Part shown: piece after piece, positions 20,514 through 32,016 of the stretch
Numbering within the stretch: the first letter of the stretch is position 1
How the letters are laid out: every line of letters begins with the position of its first letter
Source of the DNA: Candidatus Izemoplasma sp.
Lineage (GTDB): Bacteria; Bacillota_I; Bacilli_A; Izemoplasmatales; Hujiaoplasmataceae
Direction: 5' to 3'
Assembly: GCA_021736305.1 (NCBI GenBank)
Contig: JAIPGD010000003.1
Location: 4,306-68,305, forward strand
DNA length: 64,000 nucleotides
The notes under the pieces: generated by a model
Database searches by the model: none
What the model was told of the DNA's origin: nothing
What the model saw: only the letters and a program-made list of their open reading frames with translations
Program-made: the position numbers and the translations under genes

Positions 20514-21797
20514 GTATGTTGCAATTGAATTTGGAAAATCTACTTCACTTAAATTCACTAATATTTCTTTCCCAATTAAATCCTTCGTTCCTTTAACTAG
20601 AACAGATAGATAATCACGCGAATGGCCAAAAAGAAAATCGCCTTTCATTTGTTCAACAATAATTCTTTTATCTTTGCCTAGCTGTTTATTTATATAATCA
20701 AGCTTTAATTGATTACTTAATTCGATAAGACTACTAACTCTTGATTTTTTAATTTTTCCGTTCACTTGTTCTTTCATTTTATTTGCAGAGGTTCCTTTTC
20801 TTTGAGAATAAGGAAATACATGTAATTCTTGAAAATTGATTTCCTTTATAAATTCATAAGCTTCAATAAAATCAGCTTCTGTCTCACTAGGGAAACCAAC
20901 AATTACATCGGTTGTAATAGCAACATCTTTAAAAAGTTTTCTTATTTCTAATATTTTATCTTTAAATTCTACTTTAGTATATTTTCTATTCATTAACTTT
21001 AATATTCTTTCACTACCACTTTGTAATGGAATATGAAAATGATTAACGATTTTATCAGATTTTTTAATAACTGATAATACTTCATTATCTAATTCAGTAA
21101 TTTCAATTGAAGATATTCTGATTCTTTTAATTCTCGGTATTAATTCGATATCTCTCAAAAGATTCGCAAAACTGTAATCACTTAAATCCTCACCATAGCC
21201 ACCTGTATGAATTCCTGTAAGGACAATTTCAATATGTCCTTTATCAACCAAGGCTATAATTTCTTTTAAAATAAGTTCTTTTGATTTTGATCTGATTCTT
21301 CCTCGTGTGTAGGGAATAATACAATAAGAACAAAAGTTATTACAACCATCTTGAATTTTTAAAAATGCTCTTTTATGATTTTTAAAATCATAAATTTCCA
21401 GATTTTCAAAGGCTTCATCATTTGTTAATTTTTCTGATTTATCTAACTTTACTTTATTATTAAGATACTCTTCTAAATACTCAATAATTTTATGACGATT
21501 TTTAGTTCCCAGAACTATTTTTACACCTGGAATCTCTAACATTTGTTTCGCTTTTAACTGTGATAAACAGCCCATAACAATTATAATTGCTTTCGGATTA
21601 TTTTTAATTGGTCTTCTTATAATTTGTTTAGATTTTCTTTCCCCCGAATTAGTAACCATACATGAATTAACAACGTAAACATCACTATAATCATTATAAT
21701 CTACGATTTCATAATCAGCATTCATAAATTGCTCTCTAATCGCTTCAGTTTCATAAGCATTAACTTTACAGCCTAATGTATAAAAAGCAACCTTCAT
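20493..21797 (-). CDS. mtaB: tRNA (N6-threonylcarbamoyladenosine37) methylthiotransferase, radical SAM (YqeV type)
   Basis: MKVAFYTLGCKVNAYETEAI (UPF0004 domain) and a CNNFCSYCIIP radical-SAM cluster. It lies downstream of rsmE as in B. subtilis and ends in TGA. Confidence 0.85.
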   Translation of the reverse strand: MKVAFYTLGCKVNAYETEAIREQFMNADYEIVDYNDYSDVYVVNSCMVTNSGERKSKQIIRRPIKNNPKAIIIVMGCLSQLKAKQMLEIPGVKIVLGTKNRHKIIEYLEEYLNNKVKLDKSEKLTNDEAFENLEIYDFKNHKRAFLKIQDGCNNFCSYCIIPYTRGRIRSKSKELILKEIIALVDKGHIEIVLTGIHTGGYGEDLSDYSFANLLRDIELIPRIKRIRISSIEITELDNEVLSVIKKSDKIVNHFHIPLQSGSERILKLMNRKYTKVEFKDKILEIRKLFKDVAITTDVIVGFPSETEADFIEAYEFIKEINFQELHVFPYSQRKGTSANKMKEQVNGKIKKSRVSSLIELSNQLKLDYINKQLGKDKRIIVEQMKGDFLFGHSRDYLSVLVKGTKDLIGKEILVNLSEVDFPNSIATYKKTYSN

Positions 21798-22519
21798 CGA
21801 TTTTCTCCCATCATAAACCTAAAAACAGATGCAACATATATCGCGGCTGTTTCAGCTCTTAATATTGTATTTCCTAATGCTACAGCAACAAACCCCTTTT
21901 CAAGTAAATAATCAGCTTCTTGATCAGAAAACCCGCCTTCAGGTCCAATTAAGAAAAGTACTTTTTTTGATAAATCTAGATTATCTATACATGAATTTAG
22001 TTGTATATTTTGTTCTTTAACATAGCCAAAAAACAAGAAATCATATGTTTTCAAATCTAAATCAGTTATTTTCTTAAAATCATAAATATCAGGCAGAGTA
22101 TTTCTTTGAGTTTGTTCACTGCTTTCCTTACAAATCGCTTTAAATCTCTCTAGTTTCTTCTGATAATCACTAATCTTAATGATTGAATATTCGGTTTCTA
22201 AAGGAATAATTCCTTTAACGCCTAGTTCAGTTATTTTTTTTAATGCTAATTCGAATTTGTCTTTTTTTATCAGACTAAGCCCAATATCAAGATTAACTGG
22301 TTTAAACTTAGACTCAACCTTATCAATTATTTTCAATTTAATTGATTTATTTGTTATTTCAAGTATTTTTGCTTGATAAACTAAACCAGAATACGTATTT
22401 AAAATAACAACTTGTCCAACTTTAAAACGCATCACATTTTTAATATGATGCATATCATTACCGATTATTTCTGTGTAAGGAAAATTTATATTCTTTTCTC
22501 TAATAAAATATCTTTGCAT
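21794..22519 (-). CDS. rsmE: 16S rRNA (uracil1498-N3)-methyltransferase
   Basis: MQRYFI start with a PUA-like N-terminus, then IGPEGGFS and LGNTILRAETA motifs. The start is set at the ATG after AGGTGG. Confidence 0.85.
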   Translation of the reverse strand: MQRYFIREKNINFPYTEIIGNDMHHIKNVMRFKVGQVVILNTYSGLVYQAKILEITNKSIKLKIIDKVESKFKPVNLDIGLSLIKKDKFELALKKITELGVKGIIPLETEYSIIKISDYQKKLERFKAICKESSEQTQRNTLPDIYDFKKITDLDLKTYDFLFFGYVKEQNIQLNSCIDNLDLSKKVLFLIGPEGGFSDQEADYLLEKGFVAVALGNTILRAETAAIYVASVFRFMMGENR

Positions 22520-22587
22520 AATTACCACCTATAATAAACATTCACAATAAGTATGATATCATAATTTAAAAAATAAATAAAAATAAT

Positions 22588-22614
22588 AGGCTAAAAACTT
22601 TTTGTTTTTAGCCT
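22588..22614 (-). terminator. terminator of the padR/SMC-like operon
   Basis: 11-bp stem AGGCTAAAAAC-TTTTT-GTTTTTAGCCT, 9 nt after the ATPase stop, followed on the minus strand by ATTATTTTTATTTATTTTTT. Confidence 0.85.
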
Positions 22615-22622
22615 AAACATAA

Positions 22623-25600
22623 TTAATCATTTTTTGTTAATTGCATAGTTCGAGCTTTTTTACCTTCTCTTAATGTCACAACAGTGGTATCAGTATACTT
22701 TTGTAATACTTCCATTTTTTGTGGTGGTGTTGATAACATAATTTGAACAGGTAATTGTTGAATAAACCTCATCATTGCCTTTATTCTTGATGTATCCATT
22801 TTATCAAACACTTCATCAAATAGAATTAATCCAATTGATTGTTGATTTATTTTTCTTGATGCTTGATCAAATACTCTTACAAATGAAGCCAAGGTAGCCA
22901 CATAAAAAGGAACTTGTGTTTCTCCACCTGATTTTTCTTTGAACACTTTAGAGTAGTTAATCTTATCACCTGATGTATTAGTAATCAGTATATCATAATC
23001 CATATAAGTTCTATAATCGGTAAATTTGTTTACACTACCTTTAGAATTTAAATCTTCAGAAGCAAGGTTAATGAATAATTCTTCTAGCTGTCGTTGGTAT
23101 TTCATCTCAAAATCATAATTAAAGATTTCTTCTCCTGATTTAACCGCTTCTTCACTTAATACCATATCATAGTATTCGCCATATTCTTTGCTTTTAGGAA
23201 AGATAAATTCATAACTATCTTCACCAAAACGAATATCTTTAAGTGTTTCGTTTATTTTTTTGATTTCATCTTGAGCTGAAATAATATAGTTTCTTAATTT
23301 AGCCATGAAATCTTCTTTAAATAGTTTTTCGGCTACTTCTCTAGCTTCTCTAACCTTTGATTCATATTTTACTAGTTCAGATTTCACTAATTTATTTCTC
23401 TCATCTAGATACTCATCGATAAACTCAAGACCGAATTGGTAACTCAAATTATAGTTCTGAGTATATTGAATTTGTTTAGTTCTTAGCGAATCTTCGAGAT
23501 TATCAATATTATTTAATTCTCTTGTTATTTTTTCTTGATAATTTTCAAATATATTACCTATACCATTACTAGCAACTTCTTCAGCAAATAATTTATCAGC
23601 TTGTTCTTTAAGTACAGGGTTGTCTGAAGTTATCGAAGCAATATTTGCTTTTATGCTTTCTAATTCTGTTTCTAATTCTAATAACTTATCATGAATGTTT
23701 GCTTCTTTAGTTTCTAAAGAGCCACTTTTTTCATAAGCCTTTTGACGACTAATGTTATAATCTTTAATTTCCTCTTTAATATTTTCATATTCAATTCTTA
23801 AATCCTTGAGGCTTTCTTGTGGAAGATTACGTTTTTTCTCAGCTAAATTTTTACGTTTTTCTTTTAATGCATCTACAGAATAATAACTTTTTAACATTCC
23901 AATGAAATTATCTAAATTTAATTTTTTAATCAAAGAAATTTCTTCAGTTATGTCATTCATTATGTTATTAATTTTTTGATGCTCTAAACTAAGTTCTTTG
24001 GCTTTTTTACGCCAACTTTCAAGTTGTGCTGTCTTAGCATTTTTGCCGATAAATGGTTTATCTTTAAGTCTCCATAATGATCTAACTGTATATGAACGAT
24101 AAACCATTCCATTTAATGTAATGGCTTGAGAATAATTTTCTAACTCACTAACATCATCAACCATAATCAGGTTACCACAAATCATATTTATGAAATTTTT
24201 AGCATCTTTATTTTCTGAATCAATGATAGATGCTAATGATTTATCTCTATATGTATCAAATTTTTGAATCTTTTTTGTATTTACCAAACCAATACCATAA
24301 ATATTTAAACTATCTTTGATTTGATTGTAAACACTCAATGCTAAATCAAAATATCTAGGCTCAACAATTAAATTAAATCTTTGGCGTCCTAAATAGTCTT
24401 CTACTGTATCTTGCCAAGTAGAATCACTTATTTCTAATAGTTCACATAAAATATGAACATTAATATCTACATTATATTGTTGTTTAACTCCTTCAATAAT
24501 TTTGCTTTGTAAACGCAAAATCATTGGATCATACTTAAGTTTATTATTTTCTAAACCTTTTAAGGTTTGATAAACATCATTTATCTCATTAACTAATTCT
24601 TGTTTTACGTGTTGATATTTTCCGAATTGTGAACGATTATTATCAATAATGTCATCTAAATCTTTTTCAATTTGAATCAGTTTTAATTTAGTTTCTTCAT
24701 AATTTTCATCATCAATATTTGCTAAATCTATCTTTGATAATTGCTTATAAGCTTTTTGACTATATTCTGAGTTTAAGTCCTCAATTGTATCTTTCATAGT
24801 TTTTGCTTTGTTTTTTGCGTAATTTCTAATTTCAGCTTGTTCATTGATTTTTTTAGTTAATTCATTAATCTCTTTATCATATATTTCTGAAGCTTTAAAA
24901 GTATCGTTGTTAGATAACATCGAATAAACTTCTTTTGCTCTTTCATCTAGTATATCTAATTGATCATTAATCTCTTCTATAAGATTCTTGTTTTGTTCTC
25001 TATCAAGCATAACCTTTTCTAGTTTTTTGTTTTCTTTTTCAAGTTTATCCTTAATGTTTTCAACTTCTAATAATTTAAGAAAATATTCATAAAATTCTTT
25101 TTGATTTATATTTTCTTGGATTTCTTCATAAGTCTTTGCAATATCATTTAAATCATCAACTTTACTTTTAATTATTTTCAAAGTAGCTTCTAAATCCTTA
25201 TATGCTCTTATTGATTCTTTGATTGACTCAACATCTAAAATTCTTTCTTCTAACAAATATTTATAGATAAATTCTTTAACATCTGATATTGGCTTGAAAG
25301 CTAAAGCTTTAGGCAATAACGAAAAATAATTTTCATTTATTGACCCAAACCGTTTTCTAAATGCCAATTTTGCTTCTCTTCTAGTTAAATGAACTCTATC
25401 AGCTTGTCTGGTTTTCTTAAAATTAACAGTTGTTAAAATAATGCCTTCATCATCAGTAAATAAGGATTCTTTGATTTTATCATTATATTCAAAGAAGATT
25501 ACTTTAGGAGGGATAATTTCACCAATAATATCAATCACTGAGCCCACAGTAAAATACGAATCATTTACTTCATCATAAAATTCTAATGCTATATGACCAG

Positions 25601-25865
25601 TTGTATCACCATCACGTAAATATTCTTGATTGTCAATACCTAATTTACATTTAACATAACCACGTAAATCACGTTTGCTTTTATCATTTGCAGCCAAATT
25701 AAAAATTTGATCTCCAGCGGTTAAGATAAACGCAATTGCATCGACTATAGTTGACTTACCAGTCGCATTTTGTCCAGTTATAAGTGTGTTGTTTTTAATA
25801 GCAATAGTTTCATTAGCAAAGTAATGCCAATTAATCAATCTTATTTTAGTTAGTTTTTTCATCAT
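22623..25865 (-). CDS. SMC-like ATPase of the MukB/MksB/JetC type
   Basis: N-terminal KIRLINWHYF...ITGQNATGKSTIVDAI (Walker A), a very long K/E/L-rich coiled coil, and C-terminal KSGGETQ plus IGLILFDEVFDKMD (signature, Walker B, D-loop). The start is ATG 25865 or 25862, after GGAAGTGA, and overlaps the upstream gene by 17-20 nt. Confidence 0.75.
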   Translation of the reverse strand: MMKKLTKIRLINWHYFANETIAIKNNTLITGQNATGKSTIVDAIAFILTAGDQIFNLAANDKSKRDLRGYVKCKLGIDNQEYLRDGDTTGHIALEFYDEVNDSYFTVGSVIDIIGEIIPPKVIFFEYNDKIKESLFTDDEGIILTTVNFKKTRQADRVHLTRREAKLAFRKRFGSINENYFSLLPKALAFKPISDVKEFIYKYLLEERILDVESIKESIRAYKDLEATLKIIKSKVDDLNDIAKTYEEIQENINQKEFYEYFLKLLEVENIKDKLEKENKKLEKVMLDREQNKNLIEEINDQLDILDERAKEVYSMLSNNDTFKASEIYDKEINELTKKINEQAEIRNYAKNKAKTMKDTIEDLNSEYSQKAYKQLSKIDLANIDDENYEETKLKLIQIEKDLDDIIDNNRSQFGKYQHVKQELVNEINDVYQTLKGLENNKLKYDPMILRLQSKIIEGVKQQYNVDINVHILCELLEISDSTWQDTVEDYLGRQRFNLIVEPRYFDLALSVYNQIKDSLNIYGIGLVNTKKIQKFDTYRDKSLASIIDSENKDAKNFINMICGNLIMVDDVSELENYSQAITLNGMVYRSYTVRSLWRLKDKPFIGKNAKTAQLESWRKKAKELSLEHQKINNIMNDITEEISLIKKLNLDNFIGMLKSYYSVDALKEKRKNLAEKKRNLPQESLKDLRIEYENIKEEIKDYNISRQKAYEKSGSLETKEANIHDKLLELETELESIKANIASITSDNPVLKEQADKLFAEEVASNGIGNIFENYQEKITRELNNIDNLEDSLRTKQIQYTQNYNLSYQFGLEFIDEYLDERNKLVKSELVKYESKVREAREVAEKLFKEDFMAKLRNYIISAQDEIKKINETLKDIRFGEDSYEFIFPKSKEYGEYYDMVLSEEAVKSGEEIFNYDFEMKYQRQLEELFINLASEDLNSKGSVNKFTDYRTYMDYDILITNTSGDKINYSKVFKEKSGGETQVPFYVATLASFVRVFDQASRKINQQSIGLILFDEVFDKMDTSRIKAMMRFIQQLPVQIMLSTPPQKMEVLQKYTDTTVVTLREGKKARTMQLTKND

Positions 25866-26451
25866 TTTCACTTCCAGTTTTAGTATCAATGTTTGTAATC
25901 AAATTATAGACATCATTTATTGTCTGAGTGTTAATTGCTAAAAGAATCGTTGGATATATTACAATTGGCGTCGATGATTTTGTTATGTCACCTAGTGTTT
26001 CAATTAAGTTATAACGTTTAAACAAACGTAGATTTTTAACTAAATCAGTCTTATTAATTTTCTTTTTTAATTCTAAAGAATCATAATAATCATGTATTTC
26101 ATCGACCTTAATAACAACATTATCATTAACAGAGGTTTTAACTAAATGCTCATGAAACAATATTCTTAATATTAATAGAATGATAGTTTCATCTTTTTTT
26201 AGCCTTAGTAGGTTATTATTCTCTCTATGAATTAATTGAATAGCACCCATTTCACGATCAATAACAAGCTCGAAATCCATTATGTCCAAATATTCATCAA
26301 AATACTTTTTATAACTAATAACAAAATAATACATTTCCTTATTATCATTTTTATCTCTCGCTAAAAAGCTATTAGCTAAAAGCCTTAAACAGACTTTAGC
26401 AAACATTTTTTGTTGGCCCATGTTTAGTTCATCAAAATTTTCTAGTATCAT
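25846..26451 (-). CDS. small MksE/JetB-like (DUF4194-like) subunit
   Basis: 201 aa, sitting between the kleisin-like gene and the SMC ATPase. An AAGGGGGA RBS precedes it, and its ATG abuts the upstream stop (TAAATG). The assignment rests on size, order and a general wHTH-like pattern, not on a search. Confidence 0.55.
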   Translation of the reverse strand: MILENFDELNMGQQKMFAKVCLRLLANSFLARDKNDNKEMYYFVISYKKYFDEYLDIMDFELVIDREMGAIQLIHRENNNLLRLKKDETIILLILRILFHEHLVKTSVNDNVVIKVDEIHDYYDSLELKKKINKTDLVKNLRLFKRYNLIETLGDITKSSTPIVIYPTILLAINTQTINDVYNLITNIDTKTGSENDEKTN

Positions 26452-27858
26452 TTAGTTTTCCCCCTTAATAACTTCAAAATCATCAATTGTAAATCGTGGA
26501 TTGTTTATTTTTCTATCTAGCGGATTAATATAATAATTCATATCATCACCAGCATAGACCAATATATATAATAGTCTTAATATTGCTTCATCAGACATAT
26601 TATTTTTAATAATATCACTTGCTTTAATTAAGTGATTCTCGCTAAAATATTCATTTAAATATTTTTCAATTACATGTTCAGAATAATTCACTTCAAACTC
26701 TCTATAAAACTCATCTTTTAATGATTGTTCTAAATTCGTATCATTTTCTTCTAAGAATTGACTTTCAATATGTTTATATATTCCTCTAGGTGTATACAAA
26801 GAAGTTTTAGATATTTGCTGGTAAGATGATAACGTGAACAGCGGTTTAATAACATTCATTGCCTTATTAGTTTTATTATCCTTAATACTTTCAGCTGTGA
26901 AATGTAAAATTTTCGATAATTTAGAAATTACATTTTCATCATTAGACAATAAAAACTTTATTTTTGCGATGGTAGTATTTACATAGACTTTATTTTTTTC
27001 ATCAATTTCATCAATTATATATGAAATTGAGTTATATATATCAATAATGTCATCTATTTTTTTATTCACTTTCATTAAAGCAATATCATAGTTGTTATGA
27101 CTCTTGATTAAATGTTCCTTTGCAAGAATTTCCATTATAACGCGGTCTTCCTGAATCGCTTCTAATTTTTTCACAATATTAGCTCGGTACTTATTAATGT
27201 TATCGCTTGTTTTAAGTCTTCTATAAGCTTTATCTACCAATTCAACTTTATAATTGACTAATAAATTGATTAGGTCTTTAATTTCAGAATTGTCCACAAT
27301 AGATTTAATATAAAATTTTAGCCTAGAATCTAGCTTCCGTATTTCTCTTACAAATGCAAGGGTATTTTTATATACTTGGTCTAGCACCATTGCATATTCA
27401 CCGTAATCGCTATTTAACAACGAATATACAGTATAGATATAACCTCTAAATTCATGTCCCTCATACTCATCATCACTATAATATGATTCACTAGTAATTT
27501 CTTTTAATGCTTCAATAATCGTAATTGAATAATCTCTAAAATTTAATATCTCTTCATAATTATTATTAACATCAATATCGATCCATTCAGTCTTTTCTAA
27601 TCTTCTTAAAATCTGATTAGCACGATCACGATTAGTTAAGATAGTTTCCTCTTCTTCATAATCTTCTAATTCTTCTTCTAATGGATTTAAATCAAGATAA
27701 TCTATAATTACTTGTCTCGCTAGATCTTTGTCCATCCCAAGGATAGAACCTTGTTCATAAACCCGAAATAATTCTAATAAACAATTAACATAAATAGATT
27801 TATTTTTGCTAGATAATAAATTAAAAAAATTGTTTGGTATTATATCAAAAACTCTCAT
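26452..27858 (-). CDS. MksF/JetA-like kleisin candidate
   Basis: 468 aa, first structural gene of the unit. It has an acidic linker (LEEELEDYEEEE) after an N-terminal helical domain. The RBS GGAAGTGA is identical to that of the ATPase gene. The assignment rests on size, order and context. Confidence 0.5.
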   Translation of the reverse strand: MRVFDIIPNNFFNLLSSKNKSIYVNCLLELFRVYEQGSILGMDKDLARQVIIDYLDLNPLEEELEDYEEEETILTNRDRANQILRRLEKTEWIDIDVNNNYEEILNFRDYSITIIEALKEITSESYYSDDEYEGHEFRGYIYTVYSLLNSDYGEYAMVLDQVYKNTLAFVREIRKLDSRLKFYIKSIVDNSEIKDLINLLVNYKVELVDKAYRRLKTSDNINKYRANIVKKLEAIQEDRVIMEILAKEHLIKSHNNYDIALMKVNKKIDDIIDIYNSISYIIDEIDEKNKVYVNTTIAKIKFLLSNDENVISKLSKILHFTAESIKDNKTNKAMNVIKPLFTLSSYQQISKTSLYTPRGIYKHIESQFLEENDTNLEQSLKDEFYREFEVNYSEHVIEKYLNEYFSENHLIKASDIIKNNMSDEAILRLLYILVYAGDDMNYYINPLDRKINNPRFTIDDFEVIKGEN

Positions 27859-27870
27859 GTAATCACTTCC

Positions 27871-28221
27871 TTATTCGTATCTTTCATAGTTGAATTCTCC
27901 GCTCACTAAACTAGATAATTTGTTCTCAAGATTAATCCAATCTTTTCTGAATTGTTCTAAATGTTTTTTACCTGTATCGTTTAGACGATAATAACGACGA
28001 CTCATACCTTTTTTATTTTTGCGCTTATAACTAGATATTTTACCATCTTTTGACAATCTTTTTAAGGCAATATATAACGTAGCTTCATTTAAATTAATAT
28101 TATGTTTACTAACTGTTTCAATAATCCGTGCAATTTCATAGCCATAACTATCATATTTTTCTAGAATAGACAGAATAATATAATCTGTAAAACCACGAAC
28201 ATGATCGCTAGAATTAGTCAT
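27871..28221 (-). CDS. PadR-family transcriptional regulator
   Basis: GFTDYIILSILEKYDSYGYEIARIIE...NEATLYIALKRLSKDGKISSY...RRYYRLNDTGKKHLE is the canonical PadR wHTH. The start is the ATG after GAGGTG. Its stop lies 12 nt from the start of the next gene. Confidence 0.85.
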   Translation of the reverse strand: MTNSSDHVRGFTDYIILSILEKYDSYGYEIARIIETVSKHNINLNEATLYIALKRLSKDGKISSYKRKNKKGMSRRYYRLNDTGKKHLEQFRKDWINLENKLSSLVSGEFNYERYE

Positions 28222-28257
28222 TATTATCACCTCGCTTTCAATACTTAATCTATTTAT

Positions 28258-28274
28258 GTATAAATCGTTTATAC
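28258..28274. promoter_or_regulatory. perfect 7-3-7 palindrome, candidate PadR operator
   Basis: GTATAAA-TCG-TTTATAC lies between the candidate -10 and the padR RBS. A related imperfect repeat (ACTTAAAC/GTTTATAGT) lies directly upstream, at about 28272-28290. Confidence 0.45.
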
Positions 28275-28287
28275 TTAAACTGTTTAT

Positions 28288-28316
28288 AGTATATAATATT
28301 CATAAAAAAAAGTAAA
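28288..28316 (-). promoter_or_regulatory. candidate promoter of the padR/SMC-like operon
   Basis: The minus strand reads TTTACT - 17 nt - TATACT. It lies 10 nt downstream of the T22 tract and upstream of the palindromic operator candidate. Confidence 0.5.
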
Positions 28317-28326
28317 TAACTTTTCC

Positions 28327-28348
28327 AAAAAAAAAAAAAAAAAAAAAA
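28327..28348. repeat. 22-nt homopolymer (A22 on plus, T22 on the coding strand)
   Basis: Counted directly: 22 consecutive A from 28327 to 28348. It forms the U-tail of the dnaJ terminator and abuts the padR promoter. Confidence 0.95.
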
Positions 28349-28367
28349 TACCAGAAAAATCTGGTAT
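28348..28367 (-). terminator. dnaJ (dnaK operon) terminator
   Basis: Minus strand: ATACCAG-ATTTTT-CTGGTAT immediately followed by T22. The hairpin begins at the dnaJ stop codon. Confidence 0.8.
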
Positions 28368-29494
28368 TATTTTGTAAAGTTTGATTTGAATTTCTGCCAA
28401 AAGCCTTTATTCTCATCGGGTTTATCCTCAATTTCAGCTAACTCTTCGAATAGTTTCTTTTGTTCTGCTGATAATTTCTTCGGTGTAGCAACAGTTATAA
28501 TTACATGTTGATCGCCTTTTTGTTTGGTTCGGACATTTGTCATACCTTTCCCTCGGAGTCTAAATTTAGATTCTGATTGGGTTCCAGCTGGAATAGTTAA
28601 CATAACATCTCCATAAACTGTTTTAACTTTTATTTCATCACCCAAAGCTGCTTGAGAAAAAGTAATTGGTTGCGTTACAATTATATCGTCGCCTTGACGA
28701 ACAAATTCATCTGATGGCTTAACTTTTATTAAGATATACAAATCGCCATTTGGACCACCATTTTGACCTTTATTTCCATAACCGGGTAAACGAATGTGTT
28801 GATTATTATCAATACCTGCTGGAACTTTAACTTCCACAGTTTTTGTTACTCTTTCTACACCTTCTCCGTTACAGTTTGTACATTTATTTTTGATTTCTTT
28901 TCCTGTTCCGCCACAACTAGGACATGTCGCACGAGTTCTAGTTCGGCCAAAAATTGTTTGTTCCTCCATGATAACTTGACCATTACCATTACATCTTGAA
29001 CAAGTTTTTATATCACTTTTTGATTGTGCTCCGCTACCATGACAAACATGACATTCATCATAGACAGGTACTTTTATTTTTTCTTTTTTACCAAAGACTG
29101 ATTCTTCAAAAGTCACAGTCATTACTTTTCTTATATCAGAGCCTTTTCTTGGAGCATTTCTTTGTGTTGGTCTAGAACGAGATGCTCCGCCACCAAAGAA
29201 TGAACTAAAAATATCACTGAAGTCAAAATCTCCAAAGCCACTTGAACTAAACCCACCTTGTCCAAAGCCTCCGCCTGGGGCTTGATGGCCAAATTGATCA
29301 TATTGGACTTTCTTTTGTGAATCTGATAAAACATCATAAGCTTCTTGTACTTCTTTAAATTTCTTTTCAGCATCCTTTTCAGTAGAAACATCAGGGTGGT
29401 ATTTTTTAGCTAATTTACGATAAGCTTTTTTAATATCTTCAGCAGATGCTGACTTATCTAATCCTAGTATTTCATAATAGTCTCTTTTGCTCAT
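28367..29494 (-). CDS. dnaJ: molecular chaperone DnaJ
   Basis: J-domain DYYEILGL...HPD, a G/F region and four CxxCxGxG zinc motifs. Confidence 0.95.
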   Translation of the reverse strand: MSKRDYYEILGLDKSASAEDIKKAYRKLAKKYHPDVSTEKDAEKKFKEVQEAYDVLSDSQKKVQYDQFGHQAPGGGFGQGGFSSSGFGDFDFSDIFSSFFGGGASRSRPTQRNAPRKGSDIRKVMTVTFEESVFGKKEKIKVPVYDECHVCHGSGAQSKSDIKTCSRCNGNGQVIMEEQTIFGRTRTRATCPSCGGTGKEIKNKCTNCNGEGVERVTKTVEVKVPAGIDNNQHIRLPGYGNKGQNGGPNGDLYILIKVKPSDEFVRQGDDIIVTQPITFSQAALGDEIKVKTVYGDVMLTIPAGTQSESKFRLRGKGMTNVRTKQKGDQHVIITVATPKKLSAEQKKLFEELAEIEDKPDENKGFWQKFKSNFTK

Positions 29495-29527
29495 AAAACC
29501 ACCCCAATTTTAATTTTTGTTTGTCGA

Positions 29528-32012
<2,485 letters not shown>

Positions 32013-32016
32013 ATTA

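Noticed and set aside
22623-27858. Possibility that the three-gene unit is the ordinary Smc-ScpA-ScpB condensin
   Set aside because: - The ATPase N-terminus (KIRLINWHYF...GQNATGKST) is MukB/SbcC-like, not the Smc FKSF...GPNGSGKSN type.
- The gene order kleisin-small subunit-ATPase, with translational coupling, is the Mks/Wadjet pattern.
- scpA/scpB are normally not adjacent to smc.
21794-28366. Search for a JetD/MksG-like (Toprim, ~350-400 aa) gene flanking the SMC-like operon
   Set aside because: None is present. The unit is bounded by a terminator followed by rsmE on one side, and by padR and the dnaJ terminator on the other. No unassigned ORF of suitable size exists in the window: the only unassigned ~360-aa ORF, at 417-1499, looks wHTH/Fic-like.
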